From a virus (lineage: Duplodnaviria; Heunggongvirae; Uroviricota; Caudoviricetes), in the IMG/VR virus record IMGVR_UViG_2636416131_000002: a stretch of 37,548 bases of DNA. One strand, 5' to 3'. The notes under the pieces were generated by a model that was not told the origin of the DNA, did no database searches, and saw only the letters and a list, made by a program, of their open reading frames with translations. This document shows positions 1 through 6,634 of the stretch, piece after piece. The translations under genes and the position numbers were made by a program. Position 1 is the first letter of the stretch. Each line of letters begins with the position of its first letter.

Positions 1-642
1 GCCAAACGTGTTTACCGGATCATGTGCCAGAATGCGCTGTTGCTTGAGCGAAAAACCGCTGTACCGCCATCGAAGCGGGCACATACTGGCAAAGTGGCCG
101 TGAAAGAAAGCAATCAACGATGGTGCTCTGACGGGTTCGAGTTCCGCTGTGATAACGGAGAAAAACTGCGAGTCACGTTCGCGCTGGACTGCTGTGACCG
201 TGAGGCACTGTACTGGGCGGTCACTACGGGCGGCTTCGACAGTGAAACAGTACAGGACGTCATGCTGGGAGCGGTTGAACGCCGCTTCGGCAACGAGCTT
301 CCGGCGTCTCCAGTAGAGTGGCTGACGGATAATGGTTCATGCTACCGGGCTAATGAAACACGGCAGTTTGCCCGGATGTTGGGGCTTGAACCGAAGAACA
401 CGGCGGTGCGGAGTCCGGAGAGTAACGGCATAGCAGAGAGCTTCGTGAAAACGATAAAGCGTGACTACATCAGTGTCATGCCTAAACCAGACGGGTTAAC
501 GGCAGCAAAGAACCTTGCAGAGGCGTTCGAGCATTATAACGAATGGCATCCGCATAGTGCACTGGGTTATCGCTCGCCACGGGAATATCTACGGCAGCAG
601 GCCAGTAATGGGTTAAGTGATAACAGGTGTCTGGAAATATAG
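1..642 (+). CDS. insD: IS2 transposase OrfB (InsD-like), C-terminal fragment; 5' end outside window
   Basis: Frame is open from nt 1 with no stop until 642; ORF track gives 22..642. C-terminal motifs are typical of IS3-family OrfB. Confidence 0.8.
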   Translation, partial: AKRVYRIMCQNALLLERKTAVPPSKRAHTGKVAVKESNQRWCSDGFEFRCDNGEKLRVTFALDCCDREALYWAVTTGGFDSETVQDVMLGAVERRFGNELPASPVEWLTDNGSCYRANETRQFARMLGLEPKNTAVRSPESNGIAESFVKTIKRDYISVMPKPDGLTAAKNLAEAFEHYNEWHPHSALGYRSPREYLRQQASNGLSDNRCLEI

Positions 643-654
643 GGGCAAATCCAA
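1..654 (+). mobile_element. IS2 insertion sequence, right-hand portion; element continues upstream of the window
   Basis: Open frame from position 1 encodes the C-terminus of an IS3-family DDE transposase (…[15 protein letters not shown]…), followed at 643-654 by terminal sequence ending GGGGCAAATCCA, which matches the IS2 right end as I recall it. Confidence 0.75.
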
Positions 655-739
655 CCAGATACGTAATTTCCCTCCATGGTTTTCCACGCCTGTCGGATAT
701 TTCATTTCAACTTCTCTCATTAGTTAGTGTGGCTTTTAG

Positions 740-991
740 TCAAGTAAGATGACGTCTTGGTCTCGCTGATGCCTGGCGCTCAATCCAGCGATCAATTTCT
801 TCCAGGTTGTAAAAGCATGGACTGTTATCCCATGGCATACCGTCATGAGCGACATGCTTATATTCCCTTCCTTCCATAAACGATTTTTCCCGGGCCTTTT
901 TTAACGTACCTTTTTTTATTCCTTTCAGCGCAATTAACTGCTCTTCGGATACCCATTTGCCGGGAGAGACAATCATGATTACTTCGCTCAT
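740..991 (-). CDS. Excisionase-like small DNA-binding protein (Xis / DUF1233 type)
   Basis: 83-aa ORF next to the IS2 end at the head of the leftward operon, the position of xis in lambdoid phages. Family assignment is from recalled motifs only. Confidence 0.5.
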   Translation of the reverse strand: MSEVIMIVSPGKWVSEEQLIALKGIKKGTLKKAREKSFMEGREYKHVAHDGMPWDNSPCFYNLEEIDRWIERQASARPRRHLT

Positions 992-1063
992 CGATTTCTT
1001 TATCTCTTACATCAGACGAGCGCCGGTTGCAGAATACCAGTCACAACCGGCGACAGTTGAACA

Positions 1064-3535
1064 TTAAGAATCAGCCTGACTCGGGATCAGTTTTTGCCAG
1101 ATAACTGAAACGTATTTTGCCTGGTAACGGGCGTCATCAAGTGCATTATGGCGCTCACCTTCGAATGGAATAGCCGTTCTGGCATCGAAGTCTATGGCTT
1201 TCCCCAGCTCAACGATTGTGCGTACATCGCGATCGTTGTAGTAACGCCACGGGCAGGGGATCCCCTGCCGTTCGTATGAACGGCGCAAAATCGTGTTGTC
1301 GAAGTTGGCTCCATTTCCCCAAACCTGAACAAAAAATTCACCGGAGTTTTCGTCGATAAATTCCCGCAATTGTAACAGTGCATCATCTAACGGGATTTCA
1401 TCGGTCATAATGGCAGATTGCGCTTCGCGTGATTGCTTAAGCCACCATTTAATGGTGTCCCGATCAATGACTCCGCCAGCAGTTTCCAGATCGATAGTCT
1501 TACTAAATTCCGGTCCCATATCTCCGGTTTGCGGATCGAAAAATATTGCACCTATTGAGATGATCGGGGCATCAGGATTTTTTCCCATGGTTTCAAGGTC
1601 GATCATTAGATGGTCACACGTCCTGCTGGTGGATGTGATTTCGTGATGACCGTTCACCTTAATTGGGTGATCTGCCGTCTCGCCAGTTTCATTATCGCTA
1701 TTGTGATGCTGATTGCCGCCAGTGTTCTCCTTGTGTGGATGTTCAGCGCCTTCCATTTCCTCCGGATCATCTTCCTGAACTTCAACCTGATACTCTTCAT
1801 CGAATGTTTCTTGGTATGTTGCGTCGCCCATCACCGCGCCACAATCAGGGCAGTTGCCGCCGCCGGTCTGACCGCAGGCGGTGCAGGCTTTTTCCACTTC
1901 CTGTTGCGCCACTGGTTCAGGCTGTTTCGTTTCTGGCTCGTTTTGTAACGCATTTGGACTGTTTTGTTCCGCTTTTTGGTAGTTCCGTTCCGATTCATGC
2001 TGGTTCTGGTTCACAGAATCGCGGGTCTGGATCCCCTTAACCCATTTCGGATCATTCGGGTCACTAATCCCTTCAACAAATTCACCACGTGATGCAGCAA
2101 GCAACTTATCGGCGTCAGGCTGGCTGATATTGGCTGCCTGCATAATTTTGTTTACTTCGTCAGCGGTAACTTTTATCGGCTCTGGTTGTTCTGAATCTTC
2201 AGCGGTATCTACATTTTGCGGTAAGCCCGTGTATGTGCCATTTTTTCGGGCAAAATATTCTTCTTTTGTGATTTCAGTGGCGCCAGCAGCCAGTGCCTTA
2301 TCCAGACCAGAAAGTTTGTTTGCGCGACCGTATTTTTCTCCGTCCTTATCTGCGAAGAGGAAATAGAACGGCCCCTCACGCTCTACAGATGGTTCAGCTT
2401 CCGGCGCGGTTTCATTTTTTGGGATATCAGATACCTCAGTTTCCACTGCATCAGTTTGTGTTTCTGATGACTGGAGAACATCAACAGTGCCCAGGTCTGT
2501 TTCTTCATTCTCAAACACGCCCTTTGTCGTCAGGTATTCGCAGATATATTTGTTCAGTGCTACGGGATCTTTGTGAATGTCGATCGGACGCTCACGGACA
2601 AGGCCAAAAATAGTTTGGCGGTCGTAGCGAAGGGCATCAGGCTGTTTGCGCATTGATGCCGAGATACGCTTCCAGTCTTCGCGGTCGTTGTCGATAACTT
2701 CTTTTTTTGCCCAGCGATGGATGCTGCCGTCAATGTTTCCGGCATCCACATCACCAGGCCAGAGAGCGTAGGCCAGTTCGTCATCCAGTGTTTTCCATGT
2801 CTGCTTGTATTCGCGATGAATGGCAGCAATGACCGGGCTGATTTTTCCTGTTGAATTTTCAGTGTACTGTTGATTGGCTCTGGCGCGGGCGAGATCAACA
2901 ACAGACGTGTATTTTCCGGTTTCCTTGCGTTCACCTTCGCGACGTTTTTTCCAGATGCGCATCTCTGCCTGAATTTCGGGCCATTTAGCACCAGGAATAC
3001 ATTTATGCTTAACCCACCCAATGGCGTGCAACTTAAGCTCCGGATACATGGCGTTAACTTCTGGCATTTTCATCAACGCTTCAACGATATGTCCGTCGAA
3101 TGTTGCCATGTCTTCCTGCAACAATTCCTGTGCGCTAATAACCATATCAACGGTGATGTTTTCACATGTGTCGAACTTAACCATGACAGCGTTCTGTACT
3201 TCAGGGGCCAGCTTGTCAAAAGTGACGTTCATCGGATCGGATTCAGTCTCAACCGGGACAAAAGAAGCAGACTCCTCATCCCAGCGGTTTTCCTGCATAT
3301 ATTCAGCATCCCATGAATCGAGGGCAGGGCGGGGTATGCCAGGTTTATCCTCGCAGACAATAAATTTATAAGCGCAGTCCTGAGCAGCCGGATAATGTTC
3401 CAGGAACTGCCAGTGAAATTTTGCTCGAGCACGGCGTTCGTCGCCAGCTTCAATGGCTGTGGCTACAGCCACAGCGCCTTCTTCCCTTGTTGCCAGTTCG
3501 TCAGGAATAGCGGCGCAAATAAAGACTTTACTCAT
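1064..3535 (-). CDS. Prophage exonuclease, 823 aa: long acidic N-terminal region with a CxxC-x14-CxxC zinc ribbon plus C-terminal DnaQ-like DEDDh 3'-5' exonuclease domain
   Basis: C-terminus carries the DEDDh motifs (MIDLETMG; WGNGANFDNTIL; HNALDDARY). Zinc ribbon is CTACGQTGGGNCPDCG. GAGG ribosome-binding site upstream of the ATG at 3535. Sits where exo/recE lies in lambdoid phages. Confidence 0.8.
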   Translation of the reverse strand: MSKVFICAAIPDELATREEGAVAVATAIEAGDERRARAKFHWQFLEHYPAAQDCAYKFIVCEDKPGIPRPALDSWDAEYMQENRWDEESASFVPVETESDPMNVTFDKLAPEVQNAVMVKFDTCENITVDMVISAQELLQEDMATFDGHIVEALMKMPEVNAMYPELKLHAIGWVKHKCIPGAKWPEIQAEMRIWKKRREGERKETGKYTSVVDLARARANQQYTENSTGKISPVIAAIHREYKQTWKTLDDELAYALWPGDVDAGNIDGSIHRWAKKEVIDNDREDWKRISASMRKQPDALRYDRQTIFGLVRERPIDIHKDPVALNKYICEYLTTKGVFENEETDLGTVDVLQSSETQTDAVETEVSDIPKNETAPEAEPSVEREGPFYFLFADKDGEKYGRANKLSGLDKALAAGATEITKEEYFARKNGTYTGLPQNVDTAEDSEQPEPIKVTADEVNKIMQAANISQPDADKLLAASRGEFVEGISDPNDPKWVKGIQTRDSVNQNQHESERNYQKAEQNSPNALQNEPETKQPEPVAQQEVEKACTACGQTGGGNCPDCGAVMGDATYQETFDEEYQVEVQEDDPEEMEGAEHPHKENTGGNQHHNSDNETGETADHPIKVNGHHEITSTSRTCDHLMIDLETMGKNPDAPIISIGAIFFDPQTGDMGPEFSKTIDLETAGGVIDRDTIKWWLKQSREAQSAIMTDEIPLDDALLQLREFIDENSGEFFVQVWGNGANFDNTILRRSYERQGIPCPWRYYNDRDVRTIVELGKAIDFDARTAIPFEGERHNALDDARYQAKYVSVIWQKLIPSQADS

Positions 3536-3628
3536 TTTGTTTTAACCTCATGACAGATTTAAGGATGAACAAATCCCTGCCATTGCTGGCATATAAGAAT
3601 GAAACCGGATATTTATTACGGAACTGTT

Positions 3629-3820
3629 TTAAAGACCTGCCGGGATTTCGATATTATCCTGGTGAATAACTTTATCGACCGGGTAACAGTTACCGGGAAT
3701 TTTCTGTTCGGTTGCTGCAGTCATACACTCCTGCATTGTCCTGTGAACACTGACTGCAATATCAACTGGCACTCCGGAAACAAGAAAAACTGTCAGAACA
3801 AGCGCAAATGCTGAATTCAT
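3629..3820 (-). CDS. ydfD: YdfD-like small membrane lysis protein (63 aa)
   Basis: Internal start MNSAFALVLTVFLVSGVPVD… gives 63 aa with one hydrophobic helix. The ATG overlaps the dicB stop (ATGA). Matches Qin YdfD by length and remembered sequence. Confidence 0.75.
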   Translation of the reverse strand: MNSAFALVLTVFLVSGVPVDIAVSVHRTMQECMTAATEQKIPGNCYPVDKVIHQDNIEIPAGL

Positions 3821-4005
3821 TGTGCACATCCTTTTGGCATCAGACGTAAACGAGCCAGCATTGAAACAATGCATATTTTATTTAATAGCTCCCGTTCTTG
3901 TTTTCTCTTGTTAATGGCATCTTCAGTAAATACAGGGTTACTGATAGTGACACCAATTTCAAAACAACCTTCAGACGTATTAACGTTTGGTAATAACGTT
4001 TTCAT
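3817..4005 (-). CDS. dicB: DicB cell-division inhibitor (62 aa)
   Basis: MKTLLPNVNTSEGCFEIGVTISNPVFTEDAINKRKQERELLNKICIVSMLARLRLMPKGCAQ, 62 aa, GAGGA ribosome-binding site upstream, immediately downstream of DicF. Confidence 0.9.
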   Translation of the reverse strand: MKTLLPNVNTSEGCFEIGVTISNPVFTEDAINKRKQERELLNKICIVSMLARLRLMPKGCAQ

Positions 4006-4175
4006 TATCGCGTCCTCAACAATGAATTCTGTGATGCAGTGCCTGGTGCCTCCAGGTGACGTTAACCAGTTAACAATTAACGTCGGATACAGAGAATCCA
4101 CCCATAACACTGTTTTTGGTTTTAACTGTTCCGCGTGCGCTTAGCCGTATTCACCGCATCACAAAATTCACTTTA

Positions 4176-4232
4176 AAAAGGGCGGCAGAGCAGTCACGGA
4201 GTAAAACTGATACCGCCAAACGTCACCAGAAA
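4176..4232 (-). ncRNA. dicF: DicF small RNA (Hfq-dependent, ftsZ-targeting) with its intrinsic terminator
   Basis: Reverse complement of 4176-4232 reads TTTCTGGTGACGTTTGGCGGTATCAGTTTTACTCCGTGACTGCTCTGCCGCCCTTTTT, matching DicF as I recall it; GC stem followed by a U run. Confidence 0.9.
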
Positions 4233-4263
4233 ATTGATAACAGAGGGCGTTGCAGCGGGGTTG

Positions 4264-4455
4264 TCACTTAAGCGTATGGTCAACCTGACAACCCGGTGTC
4301 CTCAACGGGGAAGGAATAACCCCGCCATACTTACCGCCGCGCCATTTTGCGGGTTGCCACAACCGGAAGCGCACGGTCGAATTAAATTTAACGACACCGT
4401 ACAGTGAGACGAACTTCGCCGTGCGCTTTCGTGTTGTGTGCCTGCTTTTAACCAC
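4264..4455 (-). CDS. YdfC-like ORF upstream of DicF; may instead be DicF precursor leader
   Basis: 63-aa GTG-initiated frame in a GC-rich, structured region directly 5' of DicF. Coding status uncertain. Confidence 0.25.
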   Translation of the reverse strand: MVKSRHTTRKRTAKFVSLYGVVKFNSTVRFRLWQPAKWRGGKYGGVIPSPLRTPGCQVDHTLK

Positions 4456-4470
4456 GTCAGGCGAGGTGGT

Positions 4471-4499
4471 ATCCTTAAAATCACCACAGTTTTAAGGAT
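4471..4499. repeat. Perfect 10-bp inverted repeat ATCCTTAAAA / TTTTAAGGAT with 9-bp spacer
   Basis: Read directly. Lies at the stop of the minus-strand 205-aa ORF and 11 nt upstream of the plus-strand ORF at 4510. No U tract follows on either strand, so not a typical intrinsic terminator. Confidence 0.6.
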
Positions 4500-5067
4500 T
4501 CATTAAGCAATGTCGCAACCACCAATAAATCCGCTTAAGAACATGAAAATTGATTACTGGTATAAAGCTCTTACAGTTGTTGGCGCTGCGTTGTTTGTCT
4601 TTAATGGAACGTCTTTTTTTGACAGATATCCCGTTGTTCCATTGGGTTTTTTGTCCTCCGGCATCTTTTTTATTGGTTTGGGGGAGTGGATTAATCACCC
4701 TCTCATAGTGAGATTTATTGGTCCTGGAGTTTGGACTCGTGGATATAATCGTTCTTCGTGCGCACTCGGTATCATCTTCGACATACTTGGTTGTTTCCTG
4801 ATTGTTACAGGAGTCGTCAAGTTCTTCTGATGTAAAACCGCAAATGGGGCACGTAACGGGAATTTTGAAAAGCGTTTCTCCGGGTTCCAGAACAAAATTT
4901 TCTGCGGTCTGATTTTGCTTCTCATATTTGTGCTCCGCGTCATTGTGAGAGCACATTCTTATTCTGAGTGCCTGTTTAAACTCACTGAAGCTGAGAGCTT
5001 CTTCGCCTTCGGCAAGGCCTTCGAAGTATTCTTCGTAAGCCTTTTCCATGATTGTGTCGAAATCCAT
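4492..5067 (-). CDS. Hypothetical protein with YdfB-like N-terminus (MDFDTIMEKAYEEYFEG…); frame stays open 191 codons
   Basis: AGGTGA ribosome-binding site before the ATG at 5067, directly after the upstream gene's stop. N-terminal ~80 residues look protein-like; the C-terminal ~100 residues are N/K/R/S-rich and overlap the plus-strand membrane ORF. Confidence 0.4.
   Translation of the reverse strand: MDFDTIMEKAYEEYFEGLAEGEEALSFSEFKQALRIRMCSHNDAEHKYEKQNQTAENFVLEPGETLFKIPVTCPICGFTSEELDDSCNNQETTKYVEDDTECARRTIISTSPNSRTNKSHYERVINPLPQTNKKDAGGQKTQWNNGISVKKRRSIKDKQRSANNCKSFIPVINFHVLKRIYWWLRHCLMNP
4510..4830 (+). CDS. Putative small inner-membrane protein (about 3 predicted transmembrane helices), antisense to the leftward operon
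   Basis: 106-aa ORF with three hydrophobic stretches (ALTVVGAALFVF; GFLSSGIFFIGLG; ALGIIFDILGCFLIVTGVV). AAGGA 11 nt upstream of ATG. Fully overlapped by the minus-strand ORF 4492..5109; only one is likely real here. Confidence 0.35.
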   Translation: MSQPPINPLKNMKIDYWYKALTVVGAALFVFNGTSFFDRYPVVPLGFLSSGIFFIGLGEWINHPLIVRFIGPGVWTRGYNRSSCALGIIFDILGCFLIVTGVVKFF

Positions 5068-5068
5068 A

Positions 5069-5224
5069 TCACTCACCTGAGTTTCTTTCCAGCCAGCGAC
5101 GGGCACCATTTTCGGTTTTAAACGTTTTGCTTTTGGTATACGTCATCGCGGTGAACGTGCCGTCCTGGTTGGGGAACACGCCACATACCAGAGATTCGCT
5201 GTTGCCAAGATCGATAGTATCCAT
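5069..5224 (-). CDS. YdfA / YdaF-like small protein (51 aa)
   Basis: MDTIDLGNSESLVCGVFPNQDGTFTAMTYTKSKTFKTENGARRWLERNSGE, GAGGT ribosome-binding site upstream, first gene after the leftward promoter. Length matches the K-12 ydfA/ydaF paralogs. Confidence 0.6.
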   Translation of the reverse strand: MDTIDLGNSESLVCGVFPNQDGTFTAMTYTKSKTFKTENGARRWLERNSGE

Positions 5225-5300
5225 GCTGACCTCATTTCCCCTTAACGCCGGGGTAGCGGAACTGTTTGCTGAGAACACCGTGCGGTGTCTTGATGGAGGT

Positions 5301-5329
5301 AATTTAGTTTTCTCATTATTTTTCGTCAA
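5301..5329 (-). promoter_or_regulatory. Early-left (PL-like) promoter: -35 TTGACG, 17-bp spacer, -10 TAAATT, read on minus strand
   Basis: Hexamers read directly with 17-bp spacing, about 75 nt upstream of the ydfA-like start and flanked or overlapped by two copies of the operator motif. Confidence 0.45.
5303..5316. promoter_or_regulatory. Operator copy 2 (TTTAGTTTTCTCAT), overlaps the -10 of the PL-like promoter
   Basis: 12 of 14 positions match the palindromic operator at 5875-5888 when read on the opposite strand (ATGAGAAAACTAAA). Confidence 0.45.
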
Positions 5330-5338
5330 GTTTTTTTG

Positions 5339-5352
5339 ATTAGAAAACTCAA
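5339..5352. promoter_or_regulatory. Operator copy 1 (ATTAGAAAACTCAA), just upstream of the PL-like -35
   Basis: 12 of 14 positions match the palindromic operator at 5875-5888. Confidence 0.45.
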
Positions 5353-5416
5353 GTGTTGGCGCAAGATAAAGCCAATACATTGAAATGTAAGGCTTTAAAA
5401 TTTTGTGAAGGGATGA

Positions 5417-5824
5417 TTATTGATGCTTGTTGCGTTTGCGAGCCTCTAATAGCTCGGTGAACAGGCGATTAAAATTCTCAACGCGGGCGCGGAGTTCGCT
5501 GAGTTGTGCTTGTTGCTCTGATTTAGGAAGTGCGCGATACAAACGCAGCATCTCTAACTCATCTTCCGATAAGTCTAAGGCACTATCGAGTGAAACAGGG
5601 GGAGCTGGTGTTTTGTCCTCGTCGCCAAACAGTATCCAAGTTGGTGAACATTGCAATACCTCGGCGAGGCGATGCAAATTTTGCCCGCGCGGGGCTGTAT
5701 GGTCACTTTCCCATAATGAAATTGATGAGCCAGATACGCCAGCAGCTTTGCTTAAACCGTTTTGACTTAAGCCTACCTGCTTACGTCTTTCTCTAATGCG
5801 TTGACCTAAAGTTTTCTCGTTCAT
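5417..5824 (-). CDS. dicA: DicA / RacR-family HTH (XRE-type) prophage repressor, 135 aa from the internal ATG
   Basis: HTH region QVGLSQNGLSKAAGVSGSSISLWE and the motif LQCSPTWILFGDEDK, which I recall from DicA. Divergent from a Cro-like gene. An in-frame upstream ATG at 5875 (152 aa) sits inside the operator palindrome and could serve a leaderless transcript. Confidence 0.7.
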   Translation of the reverse strand: MNEKTLGQRIRERRKQVGLSQNGLSKAAGVSGSSISLWESDHTAPRGQNLHRLAEVLQCSPTWILFGDEDKTPAPPVSLDSALDLSEDELEMLRLYRALPKSEQQAQLSELRARVENFNRLFTELLEARKRNKHQ

Positions 5825-5845
5825 ATTTAGATATCTTAATAACCC

Positions 5846-5875
5846 TTGACTTGAGATTCCTTGAGTGATTAGCAT
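5846..5875 (+). promoter_or_regulatory. Early-right (PR-like) promoter: -35 TTGACT, 18-bp spacer, -10 TAGCAT
   Basis: Hexamers read directly; the -10 abuts the perfect palindrome at 5875-5888; Cro-like ATG at 5902. Confidence 0.4.
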
Positions 5876-5888
5876 TGAGAAAACTCAA
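5875..5888. promoter_or_regulatory. Perfect 14-bp palindromic operator TTGAGAAAACTCAA
   Basis: Read directly. Lies between the divergent repressor and Cro-like genes; two further TTGAG half-sites at 5851 and 5861. Confidence 0.6.
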
Positions 5889-5901
5889 TATTGGAGGTGC
5901 G

Positions 5902-6129
5902 ATGTTTAAATCAGACGTAATTAATTTTTACGGTACGAAAGCCAAAGTAGCGAAAGCTGCTGGCGTTGACCCATCTGCTGTTTCTCAATGGCAAGAGCTG
6001 GTTCCTGAAGGTCGCGCGATGCGTCTACAGGAGGCATCTGGCGGCGAGCTTCTGTATGATCCCAAGGTTTATGACGAATATCGTAAGACGAAGCGGGCGG
6101 GGCGGTTGAACAATGAAAATCACTCCTGA
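5902..6129 (+). CDS. Cro-like small HTH regulator (DicC / YdaS type), 75 aa
   Basis: MFKSDVINFYGTKAKVAKAAGVDPSAVSQWQ… HTH, divergent from the repressor, GGAGG ribosome-binding site. The ORF track starts it at an upstream in-frame codon (5875). Confidence 0.7.
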   Translation: MFKSDVINFYGTKAKVAKAAGVDPSAVSQWQELVPEGRAMRLQEASGGELLYDPKVYDEYRKTKRAGRLNNENHS

Positions 6130-6634
6130 ACAGGCTCGTGAGGCTCTGGATGCCTGGATATGTCGACCAGGAATGACACAGGAGCAGGCGACGATATTAA
6201 TCACTGAAGCATTCTGGGCTTTGAAAGAGCGCCCGAACATCGATGTTCAGCGTGTCACAGATGAAGGTGGCGCGGTTGATCAGCGAGCACTTGGCGTTAA
6301 TCGAGTGAAGATATTCGAACGCTGGAAGGCTATCGACACCAGGGATAAGCGTGAAAAGTTCACGGCGCTAGTGCCTGCAATTATGGAGGCTATTCGGATT
6401 AATGATTTCAGGTTGTATCGTGAAATTAGTGACGGAAAAAGCATCACGTACATGATCGCCGGGTTAAACAAAGAATATGGCGATGTGGTGGAGTCCGGAC
6501 TGCTTTTTGCTGATCCTGCCGTAGTGGATCGTGAAACTGACGAACTTATAGAAAAAGCAATTGCTTTCAAACTTGCGTATCGACAGCAATACCAACAAAA
6601 AGCTGGATGGAATTATGAGCCTTCTTTTTGCTGA
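6113..6634 (+). CDS. YdaT-like protein (CII-position regulator), 173 aa
   Basis: Follows the Cro-like gene with overlapping stop/start, as ydaS-ydaT do in Rac-type immunity regions. Family call from position and recalled similarity. Confidence 0.55.
   Translation: MKITPEQAREALDAWICRPGMTQEQATILITEAFWALKERPNIDVQRVTDEGGAVDQRALGVNRVKIFERWKAIDTRDKREKFTALVPAIMEAIRINDFRLYREISDGKSITYMIAGLNKEYGDVVESGLLFADPAVVDRETDELIEKAIAFKLAYRQQYQQKAGWNYEPSFC

Noticed and set aside
1192-3453. Multiple ORFs of 64-153 aa on both strands inside the exonuclease gene (for example 1410..1646, 1610..1948, 1663..2040, 2560..3021, 2870..3316, 3021..3371)
   Set aside because: All lie within the 823-aa exonuclease ORF, which has a ribosome-binding site and recognisable domains; they are alternative-frame or antisense artefacts with odd composition.
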